A stretch of DNA of 64,000 nucleotides from Azolla caroliniana. Lineage: Eukaryota; Plantae; Polypodiophyta. The notes beneath the pieces were generated by a model. That model saw nothing but the letters and a program-made list of their open reading frames with translations. It did not search any database and was not told the origin of the DNA. Location of the stretch: NCBI GenBank assembly GCA_043228905.1, contig JBHGNT010000005.1, positions 4,340,001 through 4,404,000 on the forward strand, given 5' to 3'. Each line of letters begins with the position of its first letter. Position 1 is the stretch's first letter. This document shows positions 25,147 through 37,200 of the stretch, piece after piece. The translations under genes and the position numbers were made by a program.

Positions 25147-27187
25147 ATGAATACTCAAATGGGGAGCGCTCTCCCTACCGAGAAGTTGGATCAAAACAAC
25201 TTCACATCTTGGGAGTACAAGATGCACCAATACCTTGTCGGACAAGGCTATTGGAACTACACCAAAGGAGCGCATGAAGACCGACCCGCCGAAGCGACTC
25301 CCGGATATGCGACATGGGAGCAAGCTGCAAGCCGCGTGATGTATTGCTTGGCGACATGTGTTCACGATCACATGCTCGGCTACATTTGCGAAGCCAAGAC
25401 GCCGAAGGAAGCATGGGAAAATCTACGAAAGATTTTCGCGGCGAACACAACCGCAAGGAGGTTTCAACTTCGCCAAGAGTTGAACAACATTCAACAAAGG
25501 GACATGTCCATCACGACATACACCTCGAAGATCAAGGAGCTTTGTGATTCGCTCGGCTCAATAAGCGTAAATATCGATGATGATGAGATGGTTCAAATAT
25601 GCCTCAGCGGCCTCGCACCACGGTTCGGCACGATGTGAACCATCGTTCCAGCAAGGGAGAAATTTCCCTCCTTCTTTGAGCTCCAATCAATGCTATTGGT
25701 CGAAGAAAACCACGTGCGTACAATGAGCAATGAGTCGGAAGGCCACATGCTCTACACGCACTCGAACGGAGGAAGAGGACGCAGACGAGCGAGAGGCCGA
25801 TTCGGCCAAGGACAAGGCGGACGAGGTCCAACCTACGACAACAACTCCCAATTTCAGCCGCAAAACGAAAGCCAACGAGGAACCTTCGCAAGAAGGGGGA
25901 GCTTCCATTCTAGACCGAGCCGTCAAAACGCAACCGAATGTGGATATTGCGGAAAGCTCGGCCACCACGAAGAAGAGTGTCGAAAGAAGATGCGTGAAAC
26001 GGCTTCCACAAGCCGACAACTCACGAACTACACGCACAACTACGACTACGAAGATCGTGGTGGAATGTATGCACACAACTCCGACCGTGGCGGAATGTAC
26101 GAGCACAACTCCGACTACGAAGATCGTGGCGGAATGTATGCACACAACTCCGACCGTGGCGGAATGTTCATGATGAAACATAGAGCAAACTCTATGACGG
26201 CCTCTACCTCAACTAGTGCATTCGGTTCGATAGACGTATGGTTCGTCGATCCCGGTGCCTCAAATCATATGACATCGCATCAAGAATGGTTCCAAGAACT
26301 TTGCGAGCCGGAGCGACCCGGCTATGCCGAAACCGGAGACGACACTACGCACCCGATTCGGCACATCGGCAATGTTCCATTCGGAAAAGAAGGTAAGCAA
26401 AATTACATTAAAAATGTCTTGCACATACCGAGCATGACGAAGAATTTGGTCTCCGTCGGCCAAATTGTAGAGCAAGGGATGCAAGTTTATTTAATCAAGG
26501 CGGTTGCTTCATGGAAAAAGAGGACCGACTCATCGCACGTAGACGAAGAGAGGGCCGAATGTTCATTCTCGACTCACACGAGATGAAATCGGCCATGTTC
26601 GCAAAGGGCATGAAAGCCGACTCCGACATAGAGTTATGGCACAAGTGGATTGGCCATATAAATCTCCAAAAGCTCAAAGCAATGAAATCGAAAGGAGTCG
26701 TCATCAGACTCGCAACATTCAAAGAGAAGGAGATTGAAGGTGTATGTGAAGCGTGCCAATTCGGCAAGCAACACTGACACCCATTCCCGAAAGAGCGGAA
26801 TGCGAGCAAAGGTCTACTCGACGTAGTCCATTCCGACGTATGGGGACCGGCGCAGACGGCTACATTCAGCGGATGCCGATATTACATGCTCTTCATCAAC
26901 GACTTCTCTAGGCACACGTGGATCTACCCGATGCGGCAAAAGAGCGAAGTGTTCAGACACTTCCAAAAATTCAAGAATGAAGTCAAGAAAGCCACGGGCC
27001 GACATGTACGATGTCTTCGATCGGATGGCGGCAAGGAGTACTTCTCGGACGATTTCACGGCATATCTCTGAAAGGAAGGAATTCAGCGAGAACTCACTTG
27101 CCGACACACTCTGCAACAAAACGGAGTAGTCGAGCGCAAAAATTGGCACATCCTCGAAGTAGCGCGGGCCATGATGAACGAGAAGCA
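25147..27187 (+). pseudogene. Copia gag-protease-integrase (N-terminal part), with stops/frameshift, truncated by the LTR
   Basis: gag EKLDQNNFTSWEYKM...AKTPKEAWENL; zinc knuckle CGYCGKLGHHEEEC; protease WFVDPGASNHMT; integrase LWHKWIGH..CEACQFGKQ, VHSDVWGP, LRSDGGKEY, NGVVERKNWHILEVARAMMNEKH. Confidence 0.92.
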
Positions 27188-27584
27188 TGTAAAGAATCAA
27201 GAGATGGATTCTTGGGAAGCGGAAGAGATATGAGTTATGTGTGTGTATGAGAGAGAGAGAGAGTGCGAGTGAGAGAGACAAGGAATAAGACACAAAGAAT
27301 ACGCAAGGTAAAAGTATATTAACAAAGGAGAAAGACTCAACACAATACAAGGTGGGAGGAGGGTGCTTTATATAGTCACCTTCTCTCTTCATTAACTACA
27401 AGACTCATGGAGCATGGGGAATGTGAAGGCTCATAAGTTATGTGTCATAGAATATGATTCTATGACTCATACTAAATGCTAGAATACAAAGTGGTGACAT
27501 AGTGGTGACTCTTGACCGTTGGAGTGTCTATTCACTCTCAAGGTGAGTTCACACACTAGACCAAGTTAAGCTTGATTCTTAACA
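27188..27584 (-). repeat. Copia 5' LTR (397 bp)
   Basis: Near-identical to 22745-23149; by eye 4 substitutions plus an 8-bp (GA)n length difference. Confidence 0.92.
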
Positions 27585-27761
27585 TATGGAAATATTTTAC
27601 CCCGTTATTTTGGGGTTTTGTTGTTTTTGATAGGCCTCATCTCCTTCTTTTTCTTGTGTTTTAGGGTTTGGGTATTATCTTTACCCCCATTTAAGCAAGG
27701 GTTCTCTTCTTGCTTCTTCATTTTAGGGTAATTTTTTTATTTTAAGTGTGAGAGTGGATAA

Positions 27762-28205
27762 TGTTGGGAAACAGATCCCTCCAGATGCGAAGAGAACGAA
27801 CCAAATCGATGGCGTTAATGAGTATTTCGGCCGAGGCCGAAATTGGGAGACTATATATGTAAATAGTATAAATGTGCCCCTTGTGGGCTATGTATGTAAA
27901 TAGCCAGAAAGTTGTATATGTACAAATACAACTAGGGCAATCTTTGTAGATATAGTTCATCGCTATAGTTGTATAGTTACACAGAAGGTAGTTGCCTCTG
28001 TAATTGTGAGAGTAGTAACTCTACAGTCGTCTGTCAGACGAAGAAGATCTCGAGGTTGTTGGCTCCGAGTATCTTATTGTACTCCACCTCATCATTAGTG
28101 TTCTAGCTCGGAGTTCGACTCCCGTGGTTTTTCCCTTTCAGGTTTTCCATGTTAAAACATCTGGTGTCTTTGTACTTGTTTTATTCTATATTCTCGTTGA
28201 TGACA
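27762..28205 (+). mobile_element. Solo or partial LTR of a different copia family (end coordinate uncertain)
   Basis: Starts TGTTGGG, has a TATAAAT-like box and the U5-type motif CCCGTGGTTTTTCCCTTTCAGGTTTTCCATGTTAAAACATCTGGTGTC typical of Tork/Tnt1-like LTRs. No TSD found. Confidence 0.5.
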
Positions 28206-28329
28206 AAAGTTGAGGCGGTCATCATTGACAAACTCATGTCACCAAAACTAGAAATACCTTTCTCCTTGTTTATTTCCCCTTTTCCAAAAAAACATATCCT
28301 TCCATTAGTTTTAAAAAACATATCAGCTA

Positions 28330-28600
28330 CAAAATACAAATAGGTGGAAAGGAAGTGACTATCCTTCCCAACAACATATTATCCAAATATATTACTCCAA
28401 GCATTATGCTCTCTTTCTCCAACCTTTTTGATAATTCCAAAGCTATACAATTGTATCCATTATCTACATAACCACCCAAAATTTCGACCATAGTTCGAGC
28501 ATCATCTAATCTACCACATTTTCTGTACATGTCAACAAGTATACTTGCAACAAATCTATTGATGGAAGCCCAATCTTTTTTAAAGCGGCATGTTTATTTC
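28330..28600 (-). pseudogene. PPR gene fragment
   Basis: FVASILVDMYRKCGRLDDARTMVE..GGYVDNGYNCIALELSKRLEKE is an S/P-motif remnant with deletions. Confidence 0.65.
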
Positions 28601-28699
28601 CCCTTTTCTTTGCAATCTAACTTTAATTCTACCATATTCAAAGGGGTTTCTTATTGTAACTAAACACTAGTGATTTGTTCTCAATCTAACTTTTGGTGG

Positions 28700-30130
28700 A
28701 CAAGAATGTTGTTTGTGTAAAACAAAACCTATGTTTGTAGAACAATTTGGGGAAGGAACATTATATATACAAAAATGGATAGAGTCTTTACGATGTCTTC
28801 CTTTTAGCCTTCTCAAACTAGTCTATTTTGGTATGGTATGTTTTCATCCTTACATGTCTTGTTGGGGGTCAGAGGTTTACTTCGATGTTTTACCTTCAGG
28901 ACGACTTCATTCTCTCTTTGTGGAAGACAGAATTGTAACTCAAGGGAGTACATTGCCTATTCATATATAGTGGAAGACAGAATTGTAACTCAAGGGAGTA
29001 CGTTGCCTATTCGTATATAGTGGAAGAAAGAAAGAAAAAAGTGTTGAATCCACATCCAATGATATAAACAATCTCTCTGAATTGTGGGTTTATTAGAGTA
29101 AGCCCATTTATCGCCTTTTGTGGGATCCCGGTGAGTAGAAATGGCAAGCCATATCAACGCAAGGAATGTTAGGTAAGCAAATCCCATTTTTTCAATGCTC
29201 GGTAAAAATGGGTAGAGAATTGATGAGGGGTGTGGCAATTATGCCAACAACTTGTAAAATTTGGAGATCTGGTAATGTACCAAACTCTTGGTTGAATGCT
29301 TATTGAAAACGGCTATGGGCCATGCAAATGCCTAAAAAAGTTGTGTTATTTAGATGGTTGTCGATACATTATGGCATTCCTGTGAAGTCATGGATGTGTG
29401 GGCATTGCCATGATTTAAAATGTGATAGTTGTGGTTCTCCCATTGAATCGGTTTACCATGTTTTATGGATATGTCCTATTGCTAGAGCAATTTGGAAAAG
29501 AATGTTGTATCCTATTCATGGTAAACAGGTGTACACATGGGTTTTTGTGAGATGGGGAAGATTGGCTGAAGAAATACAGAACTATGAAAAGGAGTATGTT
29601 GATTTTCTTCTCCTCTCCGATGGAAGACATGTATTGGAGGTTTCTTATACTACAACAATCTATTGCTTGGAAGAGGACAAGGTTTGGTCTACGATCTCTT
29701 CTTTAGTAGTTTGGGTATCGTGGAAGGTTGGATGTAAATGTGTATTTCAGAAAGTCAAACAAAATGCAGTGGAGTTAGTCAAGGAGACATGGTTAATGCT
29801 CTTACATACTCTAATAGGTCAATATGAGGCAATAACTGGCGAGATTGATGTTCTGATTCGTAAACAACAATAATTTTGAGAAATTTGGGAGAAGGCAGAG
29901 GTCTTCACTTCTTTTGGAGAGTGAATAAAGTGGAGATATGCTCCACGAAGATGGCTTTTTCCGCCCCCCGTCTTGGAACGGCCCTACATGAGGGCTTTTG
30001 ATACTCAACATGTTGGTTGATGTGGGTATGAGGGTTATAATCTATTGTATGAATTCGTTGTATCCTTTGGGCATAGTTCCATTAATACCAAGGTGAGTCT
30101 TCATTTAGAAAAAAGAAAGAAAAGAATGTT
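28700..30130 (+). mobile_element. Degenerate LINE 3' end (zf-RVT) with A-rich tail
   Basis: ORF 29322-29873: WLSIHYGIPV...CDSCGSPIESVYHVLWICPIARAIW...VWVSWKVGCKCVFQK. Internal 50-bp tandem duplication at 28920-29027. A-rich tract near 30108-30126. Confidence 0.75.
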
Positions 30131-31279
30131 GTTAGTCTCATCATGTAAATGTGTTAAGCAGACAAGGGAGAGGGGTTGATTTGTGGGTTTGTCAAGCAAG
30201 AGGGCAATAAGGTTTTGAATCCACGAAAGTTGTTTGTTGCCCATGCTCCTATTAGTTGCATACACTATCGTGATGTAACAGGTCCAAAGGTAGAAATTTC
30301 ACAAAAAGAGGGCTAGCCATTAACTAGGAATCTGAATATGTATTTTTGAAAATAAAACTTAATTATAAAAAGTAAATAGCTTGGTGGTTATGGGCATTGA
30401 CTATGTACAAAGGGGTGTGGAGTATGAATCTTCGTTAGTGTGTATAAAGGAACTATTCTTGTTTGCATTTTTTGATGCTACATAAACGTTTAATACCGAA
30501 AATAAGCGCCTCTTTCTCTATAAAAAGAGGAGAAGAGGGATTATTTTGAGTTCTTTGTTTTCAATTTAGGAGTGGACCATTAGGGTTTGTGAGGTTTCTT
30601 CTACATCTTACCATTCATATTTACTACTTTGAGTTTTATGGTTTCTTCTTACTCATTCATGAGAGTTCAAGGTTCTTCCTTCTTCCTATTATTTCTCATA
30701 ACTTCAGGATAGTGTGATAGTGTCAGGTTATATCTCCTTCAACCTCCCCTTTTCGTGGAAAGCTCAACTCACTATCATGGAAGCTTTAAAAACTTCCATA
30801 CACTACTCCGATTCAAAGGTCATCGTCATTGTCGTTGAGCAAACTCCACTCGATCTACTAAACACTATAAGAAAGGGGTTGAAAGAATTTTATCACAAGG
30901 CATCTTCGTCCTCTATTCAGGTTCGTCATAGTCTTGCTCGAGTATCACACACACGCATTTACATGATAGTGTCGTTTGGATCATTTTGTTTGTTTCAAAG
31001 TCGTTGTAAAGGACTTTTTTAAATCTTAACTTTATACTCGGTAACCCTTTCCATGGACATGATCTTAATTAGAAATGTTTCCATACGAATAAGTAAGAGG
31101 GTGTATGACGTTTGTTTATTGCCTTGAGGAATCGTAATAAAATGTAGACATTTTCAAACTAATTTCAAGTGGATTTAGGGATGTTATTGCCCATGCTTCA
31201 ACCCATAGAGAAGAATTATTGTCATCAAAGTCTCAAAAAGACATCCCTTGAAGACCTAGCATTTATTTTCTCCACAATT

Positions 31280-31760
31280 ACATGTAACAATCAACAACAA
31301 TTCGATTTGATCTAAACCGAACCGCAAAACCGTGGCTTAACGGTTTAAACGGTTTGGTTCAGTTTCAACAGTCAGAACCGCGGGTTAAACGGTTTTTTAT
31401 TTTTTTATTTTTAAAATTTTAAAAACAGTTTTTAAACAATCTTTTCATTTTTAAACTTTATTCTCACATTTTAGGAACATCTTTGCAATTAAAAAATTTT
31501 GAAATAATAAAATATTTTAAATTAAAAAAATGTAAACATTTAAAATTAAAAATTTGACCTAAGTTGAATACCGAAACCGAACCACGAAACCACGGTTTTA
31601 ATGGTTTAATGGTTTAACAGTTTGAAATTTTTTAAACGGTTCGATTTAATGGTTTTGTGGTTCATTTCGGTTGGGTTCAAGGTTTCAAAAATTTTAATTG
31701 GTTCGGTTTTGACCCTCTCAAGCTGAACCGAACCATTCCCAATTGTTAATTACACATGTT
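31280..31760. mobile_element. MITE or non-autonomous DNA transposon with AACCG/CGGTT subterminal repeats
   Basis: Clusters of AAACCGAACCG and AACGGTTT motifs at both ends around an AT-only core, with imperfect terminal inverted sequences. Confidence 0.6.
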
Positions 31761-33677
31761 TTCAAATGCATAATATTATCTCTTTCTTGCCTTTAAGTGG
31801 GGGGTAGCACGATCATTCATCTATTATTGGAGAGAACTTCAAGTTCAAGGTTAGTGCAAAGAGATATGGAGTGAAATTGTAGCCACTCTGAAGAGCCAAT
31901 ATGATGGCTTGAAGGGTGGCTCCGAGGGAGTTGAAAGACAACGAATAGCCTTCATCCAACAATGGTCGTCCTCTCCCTTTCTTGAGTCAGTGGGCATCCA
32001 CATAAGATGGAACTATTGCGTCCCTTCAGGGATTTGTACATAATCGTCTCATTTGTAAAATTTTATAACTAATGGAAAGAGTTTTTTTGGAAAAAAAAAC
32101 AAGTTCAATGTATGTATTTAAAGCTTTAAATGGTTTAGCTTCTTGTGTTGTTTTCCTACTTTCTCTTAAGGATAATGCTACAAGGATTGGAATTAGAGAT
32201 CTAGTATTACCCCAAGGTTTTTAGTCATATCTCTTGTATATAAGTCTCGTTAAGAGAGAGAAAGGGGGGGGGGGGGGGCAAGATGAGATTGCCATTGGAT
32301 TGGAGTTTTTGAGGTCACTAGTTTGAGACATTAATGTGGCATGCAATTTTGTAGAAGTGGCATATGGTTTGATGTGAAAGTAGGGAATTGGGATATAATT
32401 TGAACCTACTATGTTGTGTCGGAAATTTAATGAATTATCACTACGGCAAGCACTTTGCGAGAGATAAATAAATGTTATTATCGTATTCAAATGTCAAATA
32501 TGACTTGTAAGACAAAAAGTGTAATGTTTTCATGTAATACATGTGAAAGTGAGTGTGTGTGAGAAAGAGTTCTATGTTGTTTACATGTTCATGCTCAGAT
32601 GTTGTGGTGCTATACTCTTAAAGGCATTTATTGTCTCACTTCAATGCTGAGTGCTGAAGCAAAACTTGAAGATGTAGAGAGATAGCAATATTATTTTCTC
32701 GTTTTTCATGCTTTCTCTATGGCTACGGGGAAAAAAATAATATCCATTATGAATGATCAAAACGTGATTGTCTGTCTTTGGTAAATGAAAAATCTCATGA
32801 ACAAAGTTATAACTTATGACCGTGAAAACCTAGAGAACAAATCAAGTACTTGACAGTTGAGATATTTAATGTTCTAGAGGTAGGATGAAAGTAGAGAGAT
32901 ATGATGCCCCTCGCATAAGTGAAGGATGAGATCACCCAAGCCAAGTTCAAACAAGAGACAATCACTAAACTTGATATTGTGAGCCCAAGTTATCAAAATT
33001 TATGGAGGGGAGTAAACGAGAGATAACAATTGAGAAAAATGGTTGTTTTGTTTACATTCGAATACGTGAAAGAAAAAACAACATCCTCTTTGTCACTTCC
33101 ATATGTAGCTATTAGTCGCTTCGCCTGTTTTCCGCTCATACATTTCATTCCTCCTATGCCTAGACCAACGAGACATAGATGCGTTGTAACAAACGCAAGA
33201 CTAGAATGCAAGCTCAACATCCACCAAGACACGAGGGAGACCATCGACGAGACGAGGTAATGAATATATGTAGAGAACCAAGTCACAAATAAAAAAACAC
33301 AAGGAAAGGGAAAGCATCACTACAACAAATGTAGTCAGAATATATGTGGAAGTGGCCCTCCTCTCATTTGCTCGCCACTTCAATTGTAATGTGTTTGTAC
33401 CTGTCTCATGGCGAGATGAGCGAGGGATGTGAAAGCTTGAAGCGAGAACTAGAAATGGATATGAGGTCCACTTGATGTGCGTGTGTGCGTGTGTGGGGGG
33501 GTGGTGTTGAGTGAGAAATGGATGGGCGGATGAAGGGGAGAGATGGAGATGGATGGGCGGTGACGAGTTTTCGGGACAATGGCCGAGAGAATCCCGAGAG
33601 AGCGAGGGAGCGATTCAGAGAAAGAGGAGAGGGGCTCATTCACTCAAGTCTTAGGAAGAGAGAGAAAGAAAGATATA

Positions 33678-33679
<2 letters not shown>

Positions 33680-33719
<40 letters not shown>

Positions 33720-33964
33720 ATAAAAATAGAGGAAAACAACAATTGTGATGATTTTTTCTCAAGCAAAATAAGAGAGAAACAAAAATCAATACTAAACAAA
33801 AAGAAGAAGAAGGAGAACTCAGAAGAAGAAGAAGGAAGATGGGCAAAATCTACAAATGAAAATGAAAATGAAAATAAAAATAAAAATAAAAATAAAAATA
33901 AAAGAAAAAGAAAAAGAAAAAGAAAAAGAAAAAAGAAAACCCTTCCCTTCCCTTACTCTTCACC

Positions 33965-34004
<40 letters not shown>

Positions 34005-34062
34005 CTGTGGTGAAAAGCAAAACAAAAAATCCTAACCCTAACCCTAACCCTAACCCTAACCC
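33680..34062. repeat. Microsatellite cluster in the PWR-like promoter: (GA)n, (AAATGA/AAAAAT/AAAAAG)n, (CT)n, (CCCTAA)5
   Basis: Directly visible. Confidence 0.9.
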
Positions 34063-34215
34063 TTGTCTCCCCATACATGTTCCCTCTCCATGGTTCCCTC
34101 CCCCCATCTTCCCCTTCATCTCTTCTGATTCTCCATCGCCTGATTTGACCCCCCCAGTCAGCAGATGCATATCAGCTCTGATGCCCGATCTTCTGCGAAT
34201 GCTCGAGATTCCTGC

Positions 34216-37200
34216 ATGTCTCCCCCTGATCTTTCGTCTGTTTCTACTTCTTCTTCTTCTTGGGATAGACCAGGTGGCTGCGGTAGAGAGAAGCTTGATC
34301 ATCGATTCGGCGCAGAAAGAGATCGAGACAGATTCCTGGGGAAAGAATGGAGTTTGGATAACAGATCTTGCTCATACAGGTCTTCGTCTTCGTTTCCCGC
34401 TTCTTCTTACGGCGTGTCAGGATCTCTTAACGGCAAACGAAGAGCTTCAGGTACACTGCCTTCTTATCTGCTCTAACTTTTTCTCTGTTTTTTTTCTTGA
34501 CCTAGTGTGTTGACTCTTGCTTATCGCTCCTCTGCCAGGTTCTATATCTTCGTTAATTTCTGTTGTTTTCTCTGTGTTATTTTCTGCTGTACATCATGGC
34601 CTGACATGTGGATGATCTCTTCCCAGTGTTCTTTTCTCGACCTTATTCTTGTATTCTGTCTGTAGATTTATTCGGATCATCATCTGTGGAGAAAGATCAT
34701 GTTTTTGGATCTTTCCTTTTAAAAAAAAAACATTTGCTGTTCGTTCTTCTCTTTATTTCTCTTCTGTGATCCCTATCTTTTTTATTCGTCTTACCTTACT
34801 TCATTCTGCCTGTGTTTTTATTGACCTATTTTTCATATTCCCTATTTTCTCTTCTTTTTTCTTTTAGTTCTGCCCCATATCCATTGCTATGGCGTTCTAA
34901 GTATGTTCTCTGTGTTTTCTTCTCAGTAAAATATTTTGCTTTTCTGTTCTCCTTTAAAATTGGTTACTTTTGTATTCTTTTCTCTGTTGGTTTTTCTCAT
35001 CCTCTCATCCTCTTATTCTGTTAAATTTGATCTACTAATTCAATATCTTGTTTTCTATTACTTTCCTCTCCTCTTTCCGCAAGAAATCCATGTAGAAAAA
35101 CACCATGTAGTTTGGTGCACGCCATATCTTCTTCTTGATCTTATGCAGAGTATTTCCGCCCGTTTTATTTCAACATATGTTGATTTGTTTTATTCTTCTG
35201 TTGATTCCGCTCTTTTACTATCTTAATTGTGCCTTCCCTGAGTTATTCGTACCATCATTTTCATTTCCTGATTTTTTTTTCTATAGTTAAATTACTTGAT
35301 CTTTTTCTCTGTTGATTGTGTTTGAAATCATGTTTTTTCTTTGACTGCGCATCCTTTTCTCTCTGTCTCGTTTCGCCTGTCTAAATATATGGAGAAAATG
35401 ATGTTTTTGGTACATTCTCTCCGTTTTGGTAACCAGTTCTCTGAAATAGACTCTGTTTTTTTAACTAATATGTTGCTTTTTTTGATTCTTTCTCTCCTCA
35501 ATCTTTGGTGAAGGGTTATACAATTTTTTTTTGTCTTAAACATGCTCATATCCTGATCAATAACGTGAAAAAGGCCATGTTTATTTGCTATCTCTGATTT
35601 TCTTGTTCTAACATTTTGATTACCTGCTCTTCTATTTCTCCTTAGTTCTCATTTTTTTTCTTTTTACTCTACTTGGAATCTAAAGAGAATGGCTATGCTC
35701 TTTTCTTGGTTTTTTTCTTCATGGTTCCTTTCCTTGTTATCCTCTGTTAATCCTGCTCAAAGCCTATGAAGAAAGAACACTGATCTTTTTTTCATTTCTT
35801 CATCTGTTGTGCTTTCCATCTTAGTTTCTGGTGATTCTGCTATTTATGAAGAGACCATGTTTTGGGTGATTTTTCTGGGCTTTGACTTATTGTTTTTCCC
35901 AAACATGCTGATTATGTATTCTAATCTATCTATCTATCTATCTATTTTGTTTTGTGCTCCAAATTTTCTCTGGTGTGCTTACCCAATTAAAATCTAATTG
36001 AAGAGGCCATGTATTTTTGGCCTATCCCTGCCTGTTTTACTTTTCTGTACTCTGTCTTCTTTTATAGATTTTGTTCTAAATTTGGATACAGAAAGCCACT
36101 TATCTGGTTTGAAAATCCCTTATTTTGTCAGAAAAACTACGTTTTGTGTGACTTTTCCACATTTGCACTTTATCTAATGTATGACTTTCATACTCTCATC
36201 TTTCTCCATGGTTTCCCTGTTGTTGTGTCTGCTTCTCTGATATTGAATCTGCTCTAGATCTATAAAAACCTTGTATCTTGATGTCTTTGGTGTCATTTTT
36301 CACCTGAAATACGGATTCTTGATTTCTTGATGGATTTGTAGTCTTATGTTTCTCTGTGTTTTCCCTGGTGTATATATTTCTCTGATACGGAATATGTTCT
36401 AGATCTATGAAAACCTTGTATCTTGATGCCTTTTGTCTTGTTTTCCTCAAATATGTATTCTTGATTTCTTTCTCCACAGTTTTTTGTTGTTCTCTATATG
36501 CTTGCTTTCAGGTTTTTCTTTGTCTTAACGTGTGGCCTTCCTGCATTTTTTTCTTTTCCCCCATCTGTTTTCTGTTGATATAGCCAGGTCATGTTTTTGG
36601 TTGCTGTCTATGTATATTTTTAAATGTATGTAGAATTACCTTTTACACAAAACCAATGTAGAAGGACCATGTATTTAAATCTATGCAGAAAACCATGTAT
36701 GTTCATGTCTATGTAGAAAAGCTTGATTATTGTGTCTTAGCATGGACATAAATAATGATTGTCTATTTCTGTTAGTGATTATATTTGTGAATTTTGTGTG
36801 CATCTAAATGCTAATCTACAGATGTGGAAAATTCTTCTTGTCTGTCTAGAAAATATCTTCTGAATCTTTGTACAGGCAGGGCATTATTCTAATTGATATT
36901 TGCAGGGCTAGCCTGCTGTTTAATTCTCCTCTTATAAGAGAATGTTCTAAAGTGAAAGAGATGTTTTCAACTTCCTGAAATCTTAGAAGCTGGTCGAAGT
37001 ACCTGTGTAGGGGCCTACTGTTCATTTTTTCTGTTAAGGGTTATGTTTGCGAACTGCTTATGTATATGTTGAGGTAGGAAAATTTACTTCTCAATTTTCT
37101 TGGTTTTTATGGGGTCGCCAGGTTTGTTTTTACAGGTAAACACGGATCATCTTCTGAGAACCAAAGAGATGCCTTCAGCTTCTCAAAACATTAGTATAAA

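Larger units (their letters stand above)
22723..27584 (-). mobile_element. Rearranged Ty1/copia LTR retrotransposon (internal inversion of PBS-gag-PR-INT; deletion of the INT C-terminus and RT start)
   Basis: Two direct LTRs (22745-23149 and 27188-27584, TG...CA). PPT at 23150-23161. RT-RNaseH on the minus strand; PBS, gag, protease and integrase on the plus strand. Confidence 0.92.

Noticed and set aside
27762-28373. Complete LTR/TIR element defined by TGTTGGGAA...TTCCCAACA
   Set aside because: No TSD (GATAA vs ACATA). The right motif lies inside the PPR fragment and shared repeat, so the 9-bp match may be chance.
34001-34513. 170-aa ORF (MSVVKSKTKNPNPNP...)
   Set aside because: Alternative frame over the PWR leader and exon 1. 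The frame containing SWDR splices in phase to the downstream exons.
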